A stretch of DNA of 64,000 bases from Heteronotia binoei (taxonomy: Eukaryota): positions 60,760,001-60,824,000 of the forward strand of contig NC_083233.1 in NCBI RefSeq assembly GCF_032191835.1. The letters are read 5' to 3'. The notes under the pieces are model-generated. The model was not told where the DNA came from and made no database searches. It worked only from the letters and a program-made list of their open reading frames with translations. This document shows positions 11,509 through 24,452 of the stretch, piece by piece. The position numbers and the translations under genes were made by a program. Within the stretch, counting starts at the first letter, position 1. Each line of letters starts with the position of its first letter.

Positions 11509-13005
11509 ACAGACTCAGGAGCATTGGAACAACATGGGGGTCGATCCTAGAACATGGAGCGACCTTTCTGCTACTCAATAAATATGTCCCTCAGCCCACC
11601 TGCTGGAGGAACCATCCAGGAGTGACAAATATTACTTTGGTATCACAAGGTATCATTATATCATTATCACAAGGGAGGCTGCAGCTTAATGGTACCAATT
11701 TAACACCTGGGGCGAGCCTGGGCCTTCCGTATTGTGTCTCAACCCCCCAGACCCCTGAAGGGGGCCCCACACAGACCCGTCTCCCCCAGAAAGATCCACC
11801 CAAATGTGCAAATCCACCAGCTGTGACAGCAAAGCAAAATAATGCAGAAAACCTCTAAACACGGGGAGGGTGGGTGGGGATCCAATGAAAATCATGCTGC
11901 CAGACCCCACTGGCAGTGCTGCTTAAGTTATCCTAGGTGGGTTCTATGTCACCGCTGCATAGAGCCCACCAGAATTCAAAATACCCAATCCAGCTGCCCC
12001 CCCCCCAACCCGGCAGATGTGGAGCCAGGCAGCATGCTTACCAAAGGCTCCCGCTTCTGCTGGCTGCCAGCCCAATGGGTGGTGGTGGTGGTGGTGGTGA
12101 GAAGGCCTCCCTCAAATCTCTCCTGTCATGTGGCAACCTGGACTTTGCAGATTAGTCTCAGCCGTGTTTCTCAATAGTCTGAGTATCCACAGTGTCTTAC
12201 TGTATTTTCCAGCATTATGCGTTATGGCGTCATTATATCTGGAATTCATGCCCAGGCATGCTTCTTTTCAGGCAGTACCCAGCTGCTGTTTCATTTGCAG
12301 CCTGAGAAGGAGAGGAAGAAAATAGGAAAGTGTTTTCTAATGTATATGGCATAGTTTCCTTCTAGGGTTGCCAACTCTGTGTTGGGAAATTCCTGGAGAA
12401 CTATGGCTTTTCTTTTCTCACAACACAATGTTTAGCACATACGATCCCCCCCCCCACTTTCCCCTTCCTTTTTGGACTAATGGCAAGAAAGTGATAGACC
12501 TGATGGGACAGTAACTACTGGACTCGCTCTGAATCCCTGGATATGCACAATGAGATACACTGTTCCCCATTAGGTGTTCCCTAGGTGTGCAGTAGAGCAG
12601 GTGTATAGTGGGGAAATGACAAGAGGAGGGGAAAAGCAGGTAAGAGAATCACTAGGTTCCTTGTCTCCCAGGTTAGCAAGAGATTTTAAAAGAAATTTTT
12701 GGGCTGGAATCTGGGAACCCAAGCCAGCTGAAGTAGACTTAAAGTTCCTTGCAGTTATTAGTGTCTAAAATGAGAGGTTTCAGGACAGAAGTCACAGAGT
12801 GGTGTTTTATGCTCTTATTATCAGTTTGTCATGTGTGTTGGATGATGGTAGTTTTAGCAGTGAGGAAAAGATGCTCTGCATATATTCTGTATTAGGGCTT
12901 TCACTATTCCTATTGATCTCTGGGATTAAAAACAGGATCTGGAGCAATACTCCCTCTAAACTGTGGAGTCCTGTGAGCAAAAATTCTACTTCCTGAGCTA
13001 CTGGA

Positions 13006-13680
13006 GCCTTCATTATCAATGGAGGCACAGATAGCGGCTGCTGCCAAGTCCGTGTTTTTTCATCTTCGATGGGCGAAGCAGTTGGCCCCCTTCCTGGAGC
13101 GCCGCGACCTAGCAACGGTGATCCATGCTACGGTCACCTCGAGATTGGATTACTGCAACGCCCTCTACATGGGGCTGCCCTTGTGCCGAACTCGGCGGCT
13201 GCAGCTGGTGCAGAACGCGGCGGCTAGGCTACTGTTGGGGCTCCCAAGGTGGGAGCACATACAGCCGGGGCTACGCAGACTGCACTGGCTGCCAGTGGTA
13301 TACCGAGTTCGTTACAAAGTGCTGGTTATCACCTTTAAAGACCTATATGGCCGAGGACCTGCCTACCTGAGGGACCGTCTCTCCCCATATGAGCCCCAGA
13401 GAGCACTGAGGTCAGCTGGAAAAAACCAGCTGAATATCCCTGGGCCAAGGGAGGCCAGATTGAAGGCCACCCGGGATCGGGCCTTCTCTATTGCAGCTCC
13501 ACTGCTGTGGAATCAACTCCCGGAGGAGGTACGGGCCCTACGATGCTTAGATCAATTCCGCAGGGCCTGTAAGACCTACCTCTTCAAAATAGCCTTCAAC
13601 TAATGACAAGCTAAGAAAGTGCTGCTGGAAATGCTTTTAGTTACTGAATCCTATTGAAGATTTAATGTTTATAGCACCAT
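13006..13680 (+). mobile_element. 5'-truncated L2 LINE, ORF2 C-terminus still open (13019-13603)
   Basis: SRLDYCNALYMGLP...LQLVQNAAAR...LHWLPV...RAFSIAAPLLWNQLP; CpG-rich, so relatively young. Confidence 0.93.
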
Positions 13681-14910
13681 AATGTTAATTTTAACCCCCC
13701 TTTTTGCAGCACTGGTTGCACTCGGTGGCAGGTGTGATTCTGACTTCCTCACCTCTTTTTTTAAAATCCAAAAGTCTACATTTTGATTGCAATAATCCTG
13801 CTGGTGATTCCTTATTTTTGCATTATTTTCAATCCCCAGCACCAAATTTCTTTTGTTAAATGTGCCTGTTTTCTAATGTTATTTGTACATTAATAAATAA
13901 GCATTATATATATTATCTCTTATTTTCTAATAATGAAGTCTGGATATCTTTGGATACTTAAATCAGGAGACTGGAGCTGTAAAAGGGGCAAGACAGATCT
14001 TCCTACAAACCCAAAAAAGGGCCCCAGGTTTGCAGAAAAATGTGAAATCTACAAAAAATACACTGGGCAGTTTTAAAAAACCAGAAATGATAAAAAGGAG
14101 CTCCCGTAGCTTTAAGCAATGGACTCCCTCAGTGGCTATTGCCATGTAGGGATGCCAGCCTCCAGGTGGGACCTGGGGACCCCCCAGAATTACAACTCAT
14201 CTACAAAGATCAGTTCCCCTGGAGAAAATGGATGATTGGAGGGGAGTGGATCCTGTGGCATTAAACACTCATCCATACAAACATACTTCTCCACTGGTAT
14301 ATATTGTACTAATAAAGTAACCACAATGCCTTTCTGTAACACAAACCCTTTAAAGAGTATAATCACAGAATGGAGGGAGTTGTGGTTTTAGAATTACTCC
14401 AAGAAGATCTGTACGCATTCAGCAACAATTTGCTATCTGAATAGGTCTCTCCTCCCCTATCTTGAGATTTAACCACTTTAGTTTAAGAATAGGAGGCTAA
14501 AATGTCAAGTATGGAAACCTGAACCATGTTTTCTAAAAGTTCTCCAAAATCTCCCTCCACCCTGAAGGCAACAATTCTTTACGGAGGACATGGACTGCAA
14601 AAGGGTAATAAACAGAAAGGGAATGGGTGTTCCTAAAATGGACAGATTATAGTGGAGCTAAAATCTGGCGACCTCTGTTGGAATGAAGCCTTGTGCAAAA
14701 GTGTTTTCAGGATCAGGGCTCCCCATTTAAACCTCTGGGGGAGAAATCACAGGGGAGATTGCAAGGGTAAGGGCAGTGGCTTCAGTTTTGCAATGCCCTT
14801 GTGTCAGAAGCTCCACAAACGTCCTATCTTGGGCAATCACTGGGAGTACTTTGCAGTGCATCTTGCTGTGTGCAGGAGCAGACTAAATAAGGAGGCTGTA
14901 TTACAGCACG

Positions 14911-17900
14911 ATGGTGAGTAGAAGAGAAGGGAAAGGGTCTGGGAGAGGCAGATGGGGCTGCTTTCAAGGCCGAATTGTTTTGAGTGTGGAGAGTGTTGCT
15001 CTGCCACAACTAACCATGTGGCTTAATTTGTAATAAATCTTCTCAGGGTTTAGCCTGAGAACCTGTTTCCAGTGCTTGTCTGTTGAGTATGTGTAGCTGT
15101 AAAAAAAAAGGGGGATGCCTCTCTGAGTATGTGCAGAGTGTTTTCTACATTGGGAAAAAAATTGCTATCCCTTGCAATCTAAGAGTGAGGGTTTACTTCT
15201 CATCAGGAAAGCTGGCGGTGTGTATGTTGTGTGATTGTGTGTGTAATCCTGCCTGGGAAATATACTTTTTGCTGTGGAAGTCTACTGTCTCCCTTAGGCT
15301 AAGAAAGTGATTACATCTTCTGGGCCTGCTTCTTGGTTTACAAAGGACTGAGTAAGGACTGTCAGTCAGAGCGGGGCTTTCAAGCATGCCTGAACTCAAG
15401 GGTCTCTTCTTTACAACTTAGCCTTAAAGAAGTTGCTGCTACAAAGATCTCTCCCCTCCTCCCACCATTGCAGTGCAAGCTATACTTAACTGCCTGTAAA
15501 ATTAGATTCAGGTGAGTAACCTTGTTGGTCTGAAGCAACAGAACAAAGCTTGATTCTAGTGGCTGAGACCAAGGAAGGGATGTAAGCATGCAGACGTCTT
15601 CAGATCAGGGTTGCCAATCCCCAGTTGGAATACAGTATAACCAGGGAGAATCACGGGGAGATAGCAAAACCAAAAGATACCGTGATAGAATAACAAATGC
15701 TATTATTTCAACTCTTATAAATAGCTTATTATATTAGTATTTTTACATCCCATCAATGAAATATATTTCCACCATTAGTAGTGCATGAATATAAACAACC
15801 ACTTCTGGATTTTAGTGGACAGTGGCTGGAATGTTAGGCTGTGCCCGTTTCAGTCTCCACTTAGCCTTAGGTTTGCCACTCTTTGTCAGCCTAACCTACC
15901 TCACAGGGTTGTGAGTATAAAAAGAGGGTGGGGAACCAGCTATGCTACTCTTGGCTCTTTGGAAGATTGGGATATGCAGTGAGGTACACAATGTAAACTT
16001 GTCCTCATCATCTAGAAGATACTGTGCATTTTCCCAGTCTTGTTGTAGTAGTTAAAAACAGCTGGTAAAGGGATTTCTTCAGTCCTAACCAGTCTACAGA
16101 TTTCTTCTTTTTTGTTTGTGGGGAAATTTTCTCTTAGCTCAGGAAAAATGGCCCCAGAGCAAACTAATTTATGCTGTAGCCTACAACTTTAATGCCAGTA
16201 GCTCACAAATTAGAATTTTTGCTCTCAAGACTCCACCTTTTAGTGGGAGTATTGGTTATAAGTGCTCTTGGGATTACTTAGCTGTTGAAAAGTTTGCAAT
16301 GGGTACTTTGGAAAGCTCTCAGCACACAAGGCCCCTCCCCAGGGACATAGTTAAGATCAGCTGCATTCCTTTCATCCTCATGTGATTGGCTCCCATGACC
16401 AAGTCTGCTCTTGTAAGTGCATTAATGTTTGAACTGGTGCCATAAAAGAGAAGGGTTAGAACAATGCCCTGACTCCTGCCACTTGTTTCCTCTGCACCAG
16501 AGAGACAATTGCTTAAGATGCAAGGCCAGGTCAGTATGCTTGTGAAATAGGGGATGAATCAACCAACCAATGTTCTTTATTTTAACCCTGTTTTAGTAAA
16601 ATAAGGCCAGAATATTTGAAAGGCCTCCTACCTTGCAGACAACTAACAAAAACCCAGGGTCAGTTTTGCTTCAGAGTGTTTAGTATTCAAACCCAGCTTG
16701 TGTCTCCAAGGAGTGAATCTGAATACATGGAGATTTTCCTTATTCCCTGTCCCAGTATGCTCCACACCCAGTACCCTTTTTCAGACATGGGCCCTTTTTA
16801 ATTCCTGCCTGCACCCCAGAAAAGATGGAAATATAACACTATGGAATTACTATCTTGCTTGATGAACAAAATAGGAGTCGATTGCACTTTTAAGACCACA
16901 CTTAGTTTTATTCAGAACTTGTCTTAAAGGTGCAATCAACTCCTATTTTGTTCTACTACTTCAGACCAACACGGCTGCCTACTTGGATATATCTTGCTTG
17001 CTGTGAAGGAAATGGTGTGTGCCAGAACAATGGTAATGCTGGTGGTAGTTTCATTGGTGGAAATCAGGGCTTTTTTTGAGCAGGAACAGTTCTGGCTGGC
17101 TTGCTGAGCTTTTTCTACAAAAAAGCCCTGTGTGAAACAATAGTGATGTCAGGGGTATGTGGCCTAAAGTATAAATGAAGCAACTCATTTACCTCAGGGA
17201 GATATTTACTATAAATGGAGGAAAGTTTCTGAGCCGCACATAATTTACAGACTAACAGTTCATCGATTTTAAGATTTTATTCCTATGCATCTCCCAAGTG
17301 GGGCATCAAAGAAGTGAAACTGTAATCAAAGCCACTTATGATCTCATGTGGAGTAACTGGAGGCCTCGTTTTACATTGAGCAAGCAAGGTGTTTTTTTTA
17401 AAGTAGCGATTTGTTTCTATCGTGAAACATTCTTCAAAAAACTTTGGGGTGGGGGCGCACTGGGAAATCAATGAAAGTAAGTATTCAGTAGAGACTTGCT
17501 CTCAACAAATCAGGACCATCTGATTTTTAACATGTATTCTTTTCCTCCCTTATGTTCCCGGACTATAACAAGTTGGTGCTTGTGATAGGAGACCTTCACA
17601 TCCCGCATCGATGTGCCAACCTCCCATCCAAGTTCAAGAAGCTCCTGGTCCCAGGGAAAATCCAGCATATCCTCTGCACGGGAAATCTCTGCACCAAGGA
17701 CAGTTATGATTACCTAAAGACACTGGCGGGGGATGTTCATGTTGTCAGAGGGGACTTCGATGAGGTAGAGGCACTTCTGTACATAGCTGTGGTGGCAATC
17801 TAGCTGGGTGGAATGATAGACATTTCTGAATGCTCCTTAACTGTGAGGCTGTAGCTCAGTAGAGGCTGCAGGGGCAAAGGGCTTTCATACAGAAGGTATC

Positions 17901-20070
17901 AGGTTTGGTCCTTGACATCCTGAGTCCAAGATCCTGGCTATACGGGCTAGGAAAAGACCAGATCTCAGGGAGCCCCTGCCAGTTAGAATGGAGCTGTGGA
18001 CAAGTAGTGTGACTTGGTTTCCTATGTTAAAATATGCTGAAAAGGGGAAGTGAGCTGCAACTGTTGCTCATTGGTTCGTATCATGCATGCAAGTTTATCT
18101 CTTGACGATTAGAACCTGACGTAAGCATAAGAAGACCCCTTGTGGATTGGAGCAATGGTCCATCTAATCTGGCATCCTGTTCCCCACAATGGCCAATGAA
18201 ATGCCTCTAAAAGATAGACAAGATACAAGAATACCATAGCTGATCCTAGTTATTGCCCCCAGTAATTGGTACACAGATATATACTCCTGCAGAACACAGC
18301 CATTGATGGGCCTCTCCTCTATAAATTTGCCTAGCTGCCCTTTAAAGCTCTCTAGGCACTTGGCCAGTATCTTGTGGCAAGAAGTTCCACGAGTTAATTA
18401 TGTGCTTTCTATGAAGAAGCCCATTTTGTCTCTTGAATCTACTGTTCCTTGTTTTCACTAGGCGGCCCTAAATTCTGGTATTCTTTGCAGACAAGATTAA
18501 TCTGTCTCTGCATCATTCATAAGTTTATAAACTGTTAACACGTTCTCCTCCCCCATTCCTTCTGGCCTGCATGTGTGAAATTGCCCACTCCAGAGGATGT
18601 CTGCAAATCTCACAAGGATGCACACTGTGGAATACTGTGCTTGGAGACATCTCCACTTATTCTGCTGGGCACAACTGTGACTGATTCTCTACTAGCTTTG
18701 TCCCAGTCTCACACTCCTCTGTGGGGCTTCCATCCAATTTCGCACAAGTTGCCCTGGGGCTGCAACTTGTTCTGCCTCTTTTGCACAGCAAGCAGAAACC
18801 AGTTTTTGGAGGATTTTGCTTGCTGTGTGAAAGAGGCAGAGTGAATTGCAGCCCCAGGGCAGCTTGTGTGAAATTGGACGGAAGGCCCACGGAGAAGAGG
18901 AACGCGAGACTGGGACAAGGCTAGTGGGGAATTGGTCTGAATGTGAGTTGACTTCCATAATATCAGTATGGAGAAGCTATTGCCAGCCAGCTCAGTGCCC
19001 TATGGAACCAGGTAGGAGATCTGGTTTACTATAAAACTGCATGGGGCAAAACTTTCTCTTCTATTTAACTTTTATAGACACAGGAGTCTGAACTTGGCAA
19101 CCCAAAGATGTTTCTTATAATGTAGCCTGGCAGTGCAAATGATAAACTCAGCAATTAGAAGTGGCTGAATGTTGTTGGCAGTAGAGCTATGCCTAGTATT
19201 GATGATCAGATATTCTTTTCCCTCCCCTTCTTAGGGCCTGAGTTACCCAGAGCAAAAAATTGTGACCGTTGGGCATTTCAAAATTGGTCTGATCCATGGC
19301 CATCAAGTTATCCCTTGGGGCGATATGGCCAGCTTGGCGGTTCTGCAGAGGCAACTGAATGTGGACATCCTCATTTCGGGGCACACACACAAATTTGAGG
19401 CTTTTGAGCATGAAAAGAAGTTCTTCATCAACCCTGGATCTGCCACAGGAGCCTACAATGCCCTGGATAGGTGAGACCAATGTTCTTGGAAGTATACCTG
19501 GACACAGAATTTTGGGAACATTGTTCCTTTTGGCTCTGGGGGAAGGGTGCAGGGGAAGGACATGTTTCTAGACCTCATTCCTACAGGAAGATATAAATGA
19601 TAGTTCTCCTGTAATCTTCCATGATGATGTTTTCATGTCATGTGCCCAATATGGACTTCAACATAGCTTCATCTTTGCTCGCACCCCTACAAAATGCATA
19701 CACCCAACTAGAACATGCAGTGCAAGTTCTGTATATCCATTCTCTTGAGTGTAATTTTAATGATAGTTTGATAGGTGTATATAAAAATGCAGAATTGAAG
19801 AACCCTTCTGTTGAGTTCCATATTCCTTAGTTCAACCTGAGGATGTGTTTGAGAGACCAAAACAATTTCATCCAGTAAGGCTACCGGCTTACAGATCAGC
19901 TGTCAGCCTGAGTCGTGGTTTAATATCTGCCATACATTCTAAATCTTTACAGAAACGTCACTCCTTCCTTCGTTCTGATGGACATCCAGGCCTCCACAGT
20001 TGTCACTTACGTGTACCACCTTATCAAAGATGAAGTGAAGGTGGAAAGGATTGAATATAAGAAGTCTTAA
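14911..20070 (+). CDS. VPS29: VPS29 retromer-subunit family gene (probable VPS29-like paralog), 182 aa; exons 14911-14913 (ATG only, inferred), 17573-17764, 19235-19470, 19953-20070
   Basis: [14 protein letters not shown]...GNLCTK...RGDFDE|GLSYPEQK...[11 protein letters not shown]...SGHTHKF...NPGSATGAY|...[11 protein letters not shown]...[10 protein letters not shown]. Exons of 3+192+236+118 nt with GT/AG boundaries give 549 nt. The ATG-only exon (GCACGATG|GTGAGT) is a prediction. Confidence 0.93.
16868..16990. mobile_element. Inverted terminal fragment of a probable Penelope-like element
   Basis: Arms 16868-16896 and 16921-16949 are reverse complements; related pieces at about 9815-9880 and 15500-15565. 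The family assignment is from memory. Confidence 0.45.
18691..18925. repeat. ~235-bp imperfect hairpin (palindromic MITE) in a VPS29 intron
   Basis: ACTAGCTTTGTCCCAGTCTC... pairs with ...GAGACTGGGACAAGGCTAGT, and pairing continues inward to a short loop near 18805. Confidence 0.9.
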
Positions 20071-20387
20071 TCCAAGTTCCCTTACTGGAAATGCTTTACG
20101 ATTTTGATGTCTCCATGGATTTGGCTGTATATGCACATGCACTGTAATTCACCTGCAGCACAGAAATACACACCAGGATCATAGGGAGGGGTATGCTGTG
20201 CTCATTCCTCCTTGGGATCTTATTGTAAACTTCACTGTTTCTGGAATTTTGCTATTGGAAAAAGTGCTGTAAAAATAATCTAAGTTTATAAATATCAAAA
20301 CCTCAGCTAATTAGAAAAAAAAAACTGCTGTGAAGAACATGGAACTGATGGATTACAATGTGCAAAACTGTTCTAAATCCTATTTAA

Positions 20388-20393
20388 AATAAA
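20388..20393 (+). terminator. Probable polyadenylation signal of the VPS29-family gene
   Basis: AATAAA ~320 nt after the stop codon. Confidence 0.6.
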
Positions 20394-20776
20394 GCCTTTC
20401 CTCTCTGAAATACATGATAGCAGGAGTGGATGTACTTCCCCTCCCCTGCCGCCATGAAAGCTATCAGGCAGAGGTTGAGAGGGAGCATGCAGGCTAATTA
20501 GTGAGAGCTTTTAGCATATGATCTGCTGCTCAGGAAATCTGCAGGGGGTGTAGTTGCCTCCTTTACTGTTGTCCAACACAGATGTCCAACTGAAGGATGA
20601 GACAGTGCATTACTGTGATGCAAGCCATGGCCAATACAGCACCGTTGTGTATCTCACATGTACAGGAGGACTTCTTTCCTCTTTCAAATTATTTCCTCAG
20701 ACCTGCTTCTTTTTCAGAAGACACTCTTAGTATTCATAGAATCATAGAGTTGGAAGGGACCTCCAGGATCATCTAG

Positions 20777-21255
20777 AATTAGATTCAATTAGATTTATAT
20801 CCCACCCTCCCTGCCGAAGCAGGCTCAGGGCGGCTCACAATTACAGAAACGATAGATTACAGTAAAACATCAATACAACACTTCCAGCAATTAAAACAGT
20901 TTAAAACAATAAGAACAATTTGGTGCTAGTATCAGGTTAATTTTTGATGGCATTCCATGCTCTTAGGTGTCCTTTGTATCGCTATATTGGCAGTTTAATT
21001 AAAGGCTAGCCAGAATAATATTATCTTGCAGGCCTTGTGGAACTGGGCAAGGTCCTGCAAGACTCTGAGCTCCTCTGGCAGTTGGTTCCACCAATAGGGG
21101 GTGGTGATTGAAAAAGCTCTATCTCTAGTGGTTTTCAATCATGCCTCCCTCAGACCGGGGATTGATAGAAGATTTTGTGTTCCAGATCTAAGTACCCTCT
21201 GGGGAACATGTGGGAAGAGATGGTCCCTAAGGTAGACAGGTCCTCGGCCATATAG
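20777..21255 (-). mobile_element. Truncated L2 LINE nested in a CR1 3' fragment (about 20734-20776 and 21253-21400)
   Basis: Minus strand reads RGPVYLRDHLFPHVPQRVLRSG...; the host CR1 ...CATCTAG|TCCAACCCC is split at the insertion. Confidence 0.85.
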
Positions 21256-23812
21256 TCCAACCCCTCCTGCACAATGCAGGGAATTCACAAATACTTCCCC
21301 CCAATCCCAGTGACCCCTGCTCCATGCCCAGAAGATGGCAAAAACAAAAACACCCTCCAGAATCCCTAGCAAAAATGGCCTGGAGCAAGGGTCAGTTGGA
21401 TCTGGTAGTTGACTGAAATAAAATTGAGTTGCGCTGAACTGGCCCAGAGAAAAATGGCTGCCTGTCCCCAAAGAGGTGACCAGCATTTCCTGAATCTTCA
21501 TTTGGACTCATTAAATACCTTCCCATTAACAGGACCATCTCAACTGTACAATAAAAATGATGTAATTCCAATTTATAGGGCCATCTTTTCTGACTTTTTA
21601 TTTAAATTCCAACTTTATTGCTCCTGAAATAAATTTTATATTATTTATTTCTGCCTATGGAGCTCAAGGTGGCTTACAATATTAATAAAGCAAGACCGAG
21701 TGCATGTCCCTGGAGAGGTTGTTCCATAAATGTGGGACTGCCATTGAATAGACCCCCTCTCCTGTACCCAACAATTGATCAATGGGGCAGTCAAGAGAGC
21801 CTCCGCTGTGGTTTCCACCAACGTTTATGATTCTTGTTTATTTACAGGAGTCACAATTGTGTGGGTTTTTTAGTCCATCTAGAAACGCAGAAACCATTTG
21901 AAGAGCTTCTTTCATGAGCTCAAGACAAAATGAGTTTTCTAGATGAATTTTCTGGGGTCTCAAGTAGTTTTGCAGTTCAATAGATTCCTCTAATGTTATC
22001 TGCGGGACTGCAATCCTGGGAGTGAATCCCTTTGAATGTCCAGCCTCAGATCTGTTATGATTTTTATTTGATTAGATTTCTGATGATGATCATTGCAACT
22101 ATTGACATCCACCTCTGTGGAAATTTGGCACTGAAATACCAAGATTAAATCTACAAATCTTGAACACAAATTCTCAGATATCAAATTAAACTGGAGAAGG
22201 ATTTTTTTAATAGCTCCAGAATATTTGCAAAGAATTTGTGGGCAATGTGAGAGCTGAATTTCCACATTACATGGCCATGGCTTTTGTGATGAATGTGCAT
22301 AAGTCAGCATTCATGTGAACGCTAATCCTTCATATAAATGCCAGTTTGTGAATGTGTGAAATTCTTTACTGCATACCTGGGCCTTTGGCACTTTGAGGGC
22401 CTTTTAGTGCCACCTCAAACCCTTTGCCAAATCCTGATCTTCCAGACTGCCAGTCTTTTCACCCTGGATACGAAGCTTAATGCAGGAGAACTATTTTCCT
22501 TCTCAAGATGTGATTCTTTGTTTTTCATACACACAGACAGTTTAACTGTTTGTTCACTGATTCCTCCAGAGCCTCTTCTGTATGCCAAGCCACTCCACAC
22601 TGGCTCTGAAACAGACTCTGGTTTATTAAATGTTTCTCACATTAGAGTGTCTCAAGCAATCACTCCCTTCTCCATCCACTCACCAACTCCTTCAGCTCTC
22701 TACCTAACTGTCCCTCTCCTTTTTGACAGTTAGCAGAAGTTCCCCCAATCAGAGTGAGTTTCATTAGCTGTCAGTCATGCCAGTCAACTCCCTCTCATCC
22801 AAGGTAGCCTTGCTTCCAAGCATACAATTGCTTGCTGTCTGTCACAGCTGTTTTTATTGCTAGTGTATCCCCAGGGGGTTTAGATTAGTATACCCAGGGG
22901 TAGCCAAAGGTAGCTCTGCAGATGTTTCTTGCCTACAACTCCCATCAGCCCCAGCCATCAGCCATGCTGGCTGGGGCTGATGGGAGTTGTAGGCAAAAAA
23001 CATCTGGAGAGCTACCATTGACCACCCCTGGTATACACTAAACAGGGGTAGAGTGTGGTGGAAATAATTTAAATGCATATTCGCAGCCCCATAAACAATA
23101 AATGTGTTGAAAAAAACTTCTTCCATCTTTTAGAAAACTGCATCTTCTCTGTTATGCTAAATGTTGTCTTAGGACAAAACTACAAGTTACCTTGGCAAAA
23201 GAAGTGCATTTCCAAAAATTTGTTGGCTGCAATACAAATATGGGACCAGTGAAGGCTTTTGCAGGCGAGTAATAATGGAGGAGTGGGAAAGAGTTCTTAA
23301 CCCTTCTTTTATCCACCAATTGCCTCCTCCCCACAGGTATTCAATATTTTATTCTCAGTCAGCTATGAGACCAGAAATATATAGGGTGAAAAAAAAGGAC
23401 TTGGAGCAGGGTAGGCTGGAGAAAATAATCAGAGGTACATCCCTTCCTGCCCACTGTGCAAATTCTGCCAAGTTGTTAGGTATGAGAAGGGGTAAATATT
23501 TTCCCCTCCTAACCATCAATTATTTCCAGCAAATTCCTCCAGCCCCACCTTATTGTTAATTAACAAATGAGTCTCTGCCAAGGTAACATGTAGTTCTTCA
23601 CTCAGTTCGTGCTTAGTTTTTTAAAAAAATCATTGTGAGTTAAGTTAGTGCTACATCTTTTTGTAAGTGAGTACCAAATGAAGAAATTTCCCTCTTCGTT
23701 CTAAGAATCCTCCTTTCACGTTAATTTGTTTTTTGGTCATTGGTCTAGCTAGTATGCTGCAGCTCCTTATTAGAAGTTTGCCATTTCTAGCAAAACCAAT
23801 GGATGGAATGAA

Positions 23813-23820
23813 ATTTGCAT
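23813..23820 (+). promoter_or_regulatory. Ig octamer of the V-B promoter
   Basis: ATTTGCAT ~95 bp upstream of the ATG, with a TATA-like element between them. Confidence 0.9.
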
Positions 23821-23908
23821 GACCCGCCCGTTCTGTGGATATTTAGGCATATAAGAGAGAATGGGGGAAGGTCTCTTGGAGACATAGAACCACCATTTGA
23901 CCCTCAGC

Positions 23909-24413
23909 ATGGCCTGGGCCCTGTATCTCCTCACAGTTATCAGTTACTACTCAGGTAAATGTGGGGTAGATGAACTTTTCTTAGCCCAGGGTGTGGGGGG
24001 AGCCCATGTCTATTTTGTGTATGTATCATAAAACATAGTAATAATTCTTTGGTGATATTTGAGGGCGCAGAAAATGTTCTAAATCTTGCTTGCTCATTTT
24101 TTTTTCTTTTGGTCAAGGTGTCAGGTCACAGCCTTGGACTCAGCCTGCGTCAGTATCTGTGTCCCTGGGAGGGACAGCAAAACTATCCTGCACAACAGAC
24201 AGTGAAAATTACAGCATTTATTGGTATCAACAGAAAGCTGGCCAGGTCCCCCGCTATGTCCACTATGCAGGAGGCAGCAGGGGAGAAGGGATCCCGGATC
24301 GGTTCACTGCTTCTGTCTCTGGGATCACTGGCTATTTAACCATCGCTAATGTCCAGACTGATGATGAGGCAGATTTCTACTGTGTTAAATGGTACAAGAG
24401 TGGTAACCAGTTC
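23909..24413 (+). CDS. IGLV: Ig lambda V segment B, open; leader 23909-23954, V exon 24118-24413
   Basis: MAWALYLLTVISYYS|G; QPWTQPAS...LSC...WYQQKAG...DDEADFYC. Confidence 0.94.
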
Positions 24414-24452
24414 CACAGTGATAAAAGCTAATGAGGAACTGAGACAAAAACC
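24414..24452 (+). other. Canonical 23-RSS of V-B
   Basis: CACAGTG, 23 nt, ACAAAAACC. Confidence 0.95.

Noticed and set aside
15505-15520. TTAG|ATTCAG|GTGAGT as a VPS29 microexon
   Set aside because: It is part of a dispersed repeat terminus also seen elsewhere in the window.
17552-17803. ORF-track start MFPDYNK and tail [12 protein letters not shown]
   Set aside because: These are most likely intron read-through around the 17573-17764 exon, which has splice sites and the expected 192-nt size.
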